A stretch of 61,357 nucleotides of DNA, taken from the NCBI GenBank assembly GCA_034435075.1, contig DAOTYA010000245.1:1-61357 (forward strand), given 5' to 3'. This DNA is from Anaerolineae bacterium. GTDB taxonomy: Bacteria > Chloroflexota > Anaerolineae > B4-G1. The notes beneath the pieces are model-generated. The model was not told the origin of the DNA. It searched no databases and saw nothing but the letters and a program-made list of their open reading frames with translations. A program made the translations under genes and the position numbers. Below, in pieces: positions 55,136 to 61,357 of this stretch; within the stretch, counting starts at the first letter, position 1, and every line of letters begins with the position of its first letter.

Positions 55136-56233
55136 TCAATGCCTGGTCGGCCAGGCAGGTTTTTGCTCGAGGGCCTCTTCTACATCGTAAGCCAGCACAC
55201 ATCCTCCCAGCCATAGATGATCGCCAGGGCCAAGCATTTGGAGATTATCTATCGAGATACGTACACCGTTGAGTCTGGTGCCATCAGCGCTGCCCAGGTC
55301 CTGCACGTAGTGTCGTCCTTCTCTGGCAATGATCTTGACATGCCGCCGCGCGACCACCCGCGCGACTTCACGTATGGTACCCAGGTCTATATCAGGGAAA
55401 AGTCCTACCACCGGGTCTCCCCGTCCCACCACCACTTCTCCATACGATGGCAGCGGGAAGCGCTGGCCGGTGAAGGCAACCCTCAGGTACGCCTGAGGCA
55501 GTGGGCCGTCCGGTGTAATCATAAGGTCCGGAAGTATGGCATAGGTGAACTCGCAGTTACCCAGGGAGATGCGATCCCCAAGTCTTAGTGGCATCTTCTG
55601 TCCTATGCCCAGCCTGTGGCCGTTGACAAAGGTGCCATTCGTGCTGCCCATATCCTCAATTTCGTGTTGACCACCTCTCCCGATAATGCGCGCGTGTCGG
55701 CGTGAGATGGCGTAGTTCCCCCGATCATCGTAGGTAAGGTCTACGTCGGGCGATATGCGTGTGGCCAGGTCAAAGCGTCCCAGGACGATCTCCCCTTCAG
55801 GCGGCAGAGCCACGCGATGCTGACCACCCCGAAGGATCAGGCCGTAACGCGGGGGCATTCTGGTCGCTGGGGAGGGTTGGAGACCGGGCAGCTCACCAGG
55901 AGTGGGCAGGGACGATGGTGGCAATGGAGGGGTGCTTATCTCCGCTGTCTCAGCTCGCTTCTGCGCTTCCTGCAAACGCTGGCTCAGCAGTGAGCGACGC
56001 GGCGATACCGGTTTCTGCTGGTCCTGGCGTGCTCTCAGGCAACTCATCTGCAGCCTGTCCCACATCCACTCCGTGTCCGTTCCGGCTTCAAAAGCGCGGC
56101 GCACCATCGTTTTGACGCTGGGGGACTCGCCGCTCTCCTGAATGCAGCGGTCACGGATTGTTTTTGGGCAATCACGGCACTGGTATTTCACCTTCGCTCC
56201 TGCATCGGCCTGAGGGACAACAATTGCGCCCAC
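55136..56233 (-). CDS. Protein with a Cys-rich N-terminal segment and two FHA domains
   Basis: 365 aa with two FHA patterns: (GR....D..L....ISRRHARI........IEDMGSTNGTFVNG) and (VVGRGD......D.DL........VARRHVKI.......VQDLGSADGTRLNG). The start is GTG 56233. Confidence 0.85.
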   Translation of the reverse strand: MGAIVVPQADAGAKVKYQCRDCPKTIRDRCIQESGESPSVKTMVRRAFEAGTDTEWMWDRLQMSCLRARQDQQKPVSPRRSLLSQRLQEAQKRAETAEISTPPLPPSSLPTPGELPGLQPSPATRMPPRYGLILRGGQHRVALPPEGEIVLGRFDLATRISPDVDLTYDDRGNYAISRRHARIIGRGGQHEIEDMGSTNGTFVNGHRLGIGQKMPLRLGDRISLGNCEFTYAILPDLMITPDGPLPQAYLRVAFTGQRFPLPSYGEVVVGRGDPVVGLFPDIDLGTIREVARVVARRHVKIIAREGRHYVQDLGSADGTRLNGVRISIDNLQMLGPGDHLWLGGCVLAYDVEEALEQKPAWPTRH

Positions 56234-56362
56234 ACGATCACAGAATCCCGCCCTGTTGCCCGATTATATTATATCGCATGATGGCAAAAGTGACACGTGG
56301 GGCAGGCTTTCTAGCCTGCCAGCAGCCTGGAAAGACCGCTCCACGGTGCGGCTTTTGCCACA

Positions 56363-56383
56363 ATGCATTATATCATAATGCAT
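56363..56383. promoter_or_regulatory. AT-rich 9-bp inverted repeat ATGCATTAT-atc-ATAATGCAT (operator-like)
   Basis: Read directly. It lies 130 nt upstream of the double-FHA gene in otherwise GC-rich DNA. A TATAATATAAT string on the minus strand at about 56265-56275 sits between it and the gene. Confidence 0.4.
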
Positions 56384-56682
56384 CCGCTGCAAAAAGTCCC
56401 TTCAGCGTAGGGTGTTCGAAGCAGAAGCGATTTGGACTACGCCGATACCGCTTTCCCAGCCTGGAGTCGAGGCTTCAGCCGGTTTGAGCCACGTTTGCGC
56501 CGGCTAAGGTAGGGGTAGGTACCCTTACCTACCCGACTCTCTCCCCGGATCGGGATTTGCTTCGAAATCCCGCGTGAAGGTGCAGATTTGTGCCCAGACT
56601 GGACGTGGCCCACCAGAGGGGTTTCAGGAGATGCAGAGGGAAATTTGGATGACAGGTTCACGAGATCCCAGCCGGGAGACTT

Positions 56683-57438
56683 TCAGTATTGCACCCGTAC
56701 TCCCCTCATTGCCTCCAAAAGCTTCTCTGTCAGGAGCATCAACAGTGCAAATGGCACATCGGCTGCCACGGTGAGCGTGCAGGCCAGCGCCAGCCAGCGC
56801 AGCGCCCTCCCGATTAACCTGGCTATCTCGCCTGCAACCGCTGCGCCTGATCCACTCAGCCAGACCACCACCCCTGTAAGAGTTATGAAAAGCATGACGG
56901 GAGTCCAGGCCTGCCGATCAGAACGACTGGGGAGCATGGTGTTGCCGATGGCAAAAACGATGTAAGCCCACAACCATGCATCCCTGCTCCTCAATATGCT
57001 CGACAGTGCCGCCATAATAGCCCGAACGTCACCATCGGTTAAGGCCGGGCTTAACGAGCCGATGTCGAAAACCTGGTAGCCGATCAGCAGGATGACGCCG
57101 CACCCTGTTAAAAGTGGGGCCAGCCCGATCAGGCTGGCCCTCACTACATCAGTCTTCTCTACCGGAACAAAGCCCAACTGGATACGCTGCCCCGAGCGCC
57201 TGGGACGGATGGAAAGACGCCCTACCTTAACCCCAAGCAGTGTGGCGCTCAGGGCATGGCTCAGTTCGTGGAGCAAGATGCCAGGGAATAGCGGGAGAGC
57301 ATACAGAACTGTGGCCAGGTCAGCATCGCCGGTGAGAAGGAACATAATCCCCTGGAGGTGTCGGTGGATCCAGCGATCCATCAGCACCAGAAGTGCCAGC
57401 GTTACCGCCAGCCAGAGCAGTGCCATCCAATTGCTCAC
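56683..57438 (-). CDS. Polytopic membrane metalloprotease-like protein (HExxH; site-2-protease/M50-like)
   Basis: 251 aa with about 6 TM helices and HELSH within a TM segment (ILLHELSHAL), followed later by GNTMLPSRSDRQ (NxxPxxxxD-like). The GTG start overlaps the tpiA stop (GTGA). Confidence 0.7.
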   Translation of the reverse strand: MSNWMALLWLAVTLALLVLMDRWIHRHLQGIMFLLTGDADLATVLYALPLFPGILLHELSHALSATLLGVKVGRLSIRPRRSGQRIQLGFVPVEKTDVVRASLIGLAPLLTGCGVILLIGYQVFDIGSLSPALTDGDVRAIMAALSSILRSRDAWLWAYIVFAIGNTMLPSRSDRQAWTPVMLFITLTGVVVWLSGSGAAVAGEIARLIGRALRWLALACTLTVAADVPFALLMLLTEKLLEAMRGVRVQY

Positions 57439-58208
57439 TTCATCACTTTAGCAGCCATTCCGTTCCGCACGATTGCTGCGAAGTCGGCAGCCTTCAGGCT
57501 GGCACCACCCACCAGCGCACCGTCTATCTCCGGCTGCTCCATGAATTCGGCGATGTTATCCGGCTTGACGCTGCCTCCGTACTGAATTCGGATGCTCTGA
57601 GCAATGTCATTGCCGTAGAGGTCAGCCAGTGTTTTACGCACCACTCCGCCGATGATGGCGTTAGCTCCTTCACCTGTGGCCGGGACACCGGTACCGATGG
57701 CCCAGATCGGTTCGTAGGCGACGGTAACCTGGCCTGCCTGGGCGGCGGTGAGGCCGTCGAAGGCAGCGCGCACCTGTGCACCGACAAAAGCCTCTGTCTC
57801 CCCGGCCTGGTTCTGCTGCAGGTTCTCGCCCACGCAGAGGATCGGTTTCAGTCCATGAGCCAGCGCGGCATGCAGTTTCTTGTTAACCATCTCGTCGGTC
57901 TCACCGAAATGCTGGCGGCGCTCCGAGTGGCCGATGATGACGTACTCACACAGGCCACGCAGCATCAGCGGGCTGATCTCTCCGGTGAACGCGCCTTCGT
58001 CCTTCCAGTACATGTTCTGCGCGCCCAGCCGGATGGTCGAGCCGGCCAGCGCATCTTTGACAGCAGCGAGCGCCGTAAACGGCGGGCAGACGGCCACCTC
58101 GCAGCCTTCCAGCCCGTCCAGCGCACTGCGCAGTTCGCGCACCAGCGCCACGGCTTCCTCGATGGTCTTGTACATCTTCCAGTTGCCGGCGATGAAAGGT
58201 GTACGCAT
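57435..58208 (-). CDS. tpiA: Triosephosphate isomerase
   Basis: MRTPFIAGNWKMYKT, IIGHSERR and AYEPIWAIGTG. ATG 58208 follows AGGAG. Confidence 0.95.
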   Translation of the reverse strand: MRTPFIAGNWKMYKTIEEAVALVRELRSALDGLEGCEVAVCPPFTALAAVKDALAGSTIRLGAQNMYWKDEGAFTGEISPLMLRGLCEYVIIGHSERRQHFGETDEMVNKKLHAALAHGLKPILCVGENLQQNQAGETEAFVGAQVRAAFDGLTAAQAGQVTVAYEPIWAIGTGVPATGEGANAIIGGVVRKTLADLYGNDIAQSIRIQYGGSVKPDNIAEFMEQPEIDGALVGGASLKAADFAAIVRNGMAAKVMK

Positions 58209-58234
58209 TGTGCTCCTTGGGAAATCCAGTGGGA

Positions 58235-59410
58235 TCATTTATCCTGCAATGCGGCCACGCCGGGCAGGACTTTGCCTTCCAGGAACTCCAGACTGGCGCC
58301 GCCGCCGGTTGAAACGTGGCTCATCTTATCGGCCACACCGGCCTTTTTGACCGCCGAAGCGGAATCACCGCCGCCGATGATCGTCGTGGCGCCCAGTTCG
58401 GCCAGCACGCGAGCGACGGCGAAGGTGCCCTCGGCGAATTTGGGCATCTCGAACACGCCCATCGGTCCGTTCCAGACCACCGTTCTGGCGCCCGTCAGCG
58501 CCGACTTGAACGTTTCTACCGTCTTGGGGCCGATGTCCAGGATGCGCCAGCCATCTGGGACCTCGTTGGGCGCCACGATCCGGGTGTTGGCTTCATTGTC
58601 AAACGCGTCGGCGATCACCACGTCCACCGGCAGGACCAGACGGCTGCCCCCGCTTGTGAGCAGCGATTTGGCCGTCGGCACGGCATCCTCCTCGACCAGG
58701 CTATCGCCGACAGGGAAGCCCATCGCTTTGAAGAAGGTGTTCGCCATCCCGCCGCCGATCAGCAACCGATCGCATTTCTTGAGCAGGTTCTCGATGACGC
58801 CGACTTTGTCGGAGATCTTGGCTCCGCCCAGGATGGCGACGTAGGGACGCTCCGGGTTCCCGGTGGCCTTGCTCAGGAACTCGATCTCTTTTTCCATCAA
58901 AAAGCCGGCCACGGCAGGCAAATAGTGCGCGACCCCCTCGGTGCTGGACTGGGCGCGGTGCGCTGTGCCAAAGGCGTCGTTGACAAAGACCTCGCCCAGT
59001 TTCGCCAGTTTCTGAGAGATTTCAGGGTCGTTCTTCGTCTCGGCCTTGTAAAAGCGCACGTTCTCAAGCAACATGACCTCGCCGGGCTGGAGGGCAGCAG
59101 CCATGGCCTCGACCTCCGGCCCAATGCAATCGGGGGCGAACTTGACCGGTCTGCCCAGGAGTTCGCTCAGACGGTCGGCCACCGGCTTGAGGCTGAACTC
59201 AGCCTCGTATCCTGTGCCGGCCGGACGGCCCAGGTGCGACATCAGGATCAACGCCGCGCCCTGGTCCAGAATGTACTGGATGGTGGGCAGGGTTGCCCGG
59301 ATGCGCTTGTCGTCGCTGATGACGCCATTTTGAATGGGCACGTTGTAGTCCACGCGCATCAGCACGCGTTTGCCTTTCAGGTCTATATCACGAACGGTTT
59401 TCTTGTTCAT
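58235..59410 (-). CDS. pgk: Phosphoglycerate kinase
   Basis: [25 protein letters not shown] and [16 protein letters not shown] 59410 follows GAGGAG. Confidence 0.95.
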   Translation of the reverse strand: MNKKTVRDIDLKGKRVLMRVDYNVPIQNGVISDDKRIRATLPTIQYILDQGAALILMSHLGRPAGTGYEAEFSLKPVADRLSELLGRPVKFAPDCIGPEVEAMAAALQPGEVMLLENVRFYKAETKNDPEISQKLAKLGEVFVNDAFGTAHRAQSSTEGVAHYLPAVAGFLMEKEIEFLSKATGNPERPYVAILGGAKISDKVGVIENLLKKCDRLLIGGGMANTFFKAMGFPVGDSLVEEDAVPTAKSLLTSGGSRLVLPVDVVIADAFDNEANTRIVAPNEVPDGWRILDIGPKTVETFKSALTGARTVVWNGPMGVFEMPKFAEGTFAVARVLAELGATTIIGGGDSASAVKKAGVADKMSHVSTGGGASLEFLEGKVLPGVAALQDK

Positions 59411-60209
59411 TGGACTCCTCACGTTTTTCGGTCAGATATATGCCAAGTTGCTCCAGCAATTCACGTGCCAGAGCTACGGTTTCCTGCGCCACCGCCTCCG
59501 ACACTTCTGCCTCATATACGTAGCGTGCTTTGTTTCGGTGCTCCAAAGCCCGGTTGAGCAATCTTCCCAGGTGGGACGGCAGGCGTTCGGTTTTGAGGAA
59601 CAGGTCGCTGAACAGGCGGATCGTGGAGCCGTGTCGAGTGGGCATATGATCTACCTGTCCCAGCAGAAATGCTTTGGCACACAGTTCGGCTGCGTTGTAC
59701 GCGCTGTCAATCGCTATTCGCAGATGCCCCTGTTTCAAGTTCCACTCGGCGCCGGTCAGGTATTCGTGAGCCAGCCAGTAATAGTTCTCAGCAGCCTGCC
59801 GGATCAACTCGGATTCATCCATGACATAGATCTCCTTACCCCGACGCAGTGCCGAATAGATGAAGTATGAATCGGGTACGAACAACTGACTTACAGGGAC
59901 CACAATGCTCTCGACGCTATGAGGCGCGGGCATGCTGAACCTGGCGCTGTAACATATTTCCCGAATGGCTTCCAGGTCACGCGTGCCAAAGACCAACACG
60001 TCCACATCGCTATCTGGCTCCGGGTCATTCCGCGCTACGCTGCCGAAAAGCACGATCCTGGCAATTTGCCCTCGCACCGGAGAGTTGAGCAATGCCCTGA
60101 CAAAATACTGCAAAGCCAGCAATTTTTGGTAGTGCACTTCACTGGTAGCCCTAAGTTCGCTGCCGTTCACGCGCACTACCGGCCAGTTACCTCCGCCTGC
60201 CATCGCCAT
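59388..60209 (-). CDS. Nucleotidyltransferase (MNT-type) fused to a HEPN-like domain
   Basis: 273 aa. The N-terminal half has [20 protein letters not shown] (GS...D.D pol-beta NTase motif). The C-terminal helical half has the HEPN-like elements [10 protein letters not shown] and EHRNKARY. The 3' end overlaps the pgk start by 23 nt. Confidence 0.75.
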   Translation of the reverse strand: MAMAGGGNWPVVRVNGSELRATSEVHYQKLLALQYFVRALLNSPVRGQIARIVLFGSVARNDPEPDSDVDVLVFGTRDLEAIREICYSARFSMPAPHSVESIVVPVSQLFVPDSYFIYSALRRGKEIYVMDESELIRQAAENYYWLAHEYLTGAEWNLKQGHLRIAIDSAYNAAELCAKAFLLGQVDHMPTRHGSTIRLFSDLFLKTERLPSHLGRLLNRALEHRNKARYVYEAEVSEAVAQETVALARELLEQLGIYLTEKREESNEQENRS

Positions 60210-60235
60210 TCGTCCCTCTCGGGGACATAATGGTC

Positions 60236-60262
60236 AGGGATCAGGAGCATTTCCTGATCCCT
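60236..60262 (-). other. Perfect 11-bp-stem hairpin between gap and the NTase-HEPN gene
   Basis: AGGGATCAGGA-gcatt-TCCTGATCCCT. No U-tract follows on the transcribed (minus) strand. Confidence 0.8.
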
Positions 60263-60273
60263 TTCCCTGATCC

Positions 60274-61356
<1,083 letters not shown>

Positions 61357-61357
61357 T

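Overview
This is a 61.4-kb, GC-rich (roughly 60%) bacterial chromosomal segment. Gene content and order suggest a Terrabacteria-type, possibly Chloroflexota-like organism: an rpmB / asp23 / DAK2-fakA-like / degV / recG block, a complete dcw cluster, and GH57 plus GH13 glucan genes. That placement is inference only. All calls come from reading the sequence and the ORF track; no searches or folding programs were run. I support about 53 protein-coding genes and found no rRNA, tRNA, CRISPR array, transposase or prophage.

Layout:
- (1) PLP aminotransferase, pyrB and a STAND (NB-ARC + TPR) regulator.
- (2) A minus-strand alpha-glucan operon: glgA, glgC, a 1156-aa GH13 protein, a zinc-ribbon membrane protein, then GH57.
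- (3) A 1.2-kb repeat-laden divergent control region.
- (4) The dcw cluster: mraZ-rsmH-ftsL-ftsI-murF-mraY-murD-ftsW-murG-(2 CvpA-like genes)-murC-murB-ddl-ftsQ-ftsA-ftsZ. It has no murE.
- (5) cutA, an amidohydrolase, ssb, a coiled-coil protein, coaD, recG, two degV genes, a fakA-like gene, asp23, rpmB and rpe.
- (6) An FHA-wHTH regulator with a divergent Ser/Thr kinase, a large GH3 protein, GNAT, coaE, a cNMP-binding protein, and a double-FHA / FGE-like / hflX operon.
- (7) gap, an NTase-HEPN fusion, pgk, tpiA and an M50-like protease.

The least ordinary content is non-coding:
- Three families of structured intergenic repeats. Family A is a ~90-bp nested palindrome with 11 copies. Family B is a hairpin with a compensatory variant. 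Family C is a ~165-bp MITE-like element with covarying terminal inverted repeats.
- A 12 x 13-bp tandem array upstream of mraZ.
- Heptamer arrays, one forming a long hairpin between ftsQ and ftsA.

Other points worth a second look:
- A phased TGGG operator-like array in front of mraZ.
- An hflX whose conserved N-terminus lies upstream of any canonical start codon.
- A low-GC NTase-HEPN gene wedged into the gap-pgk-tpiA operon.

Many start codons were moved inward from the ORF-track maxima on RBS and conserved N-terminus grounds, so they are less certain than the stops.
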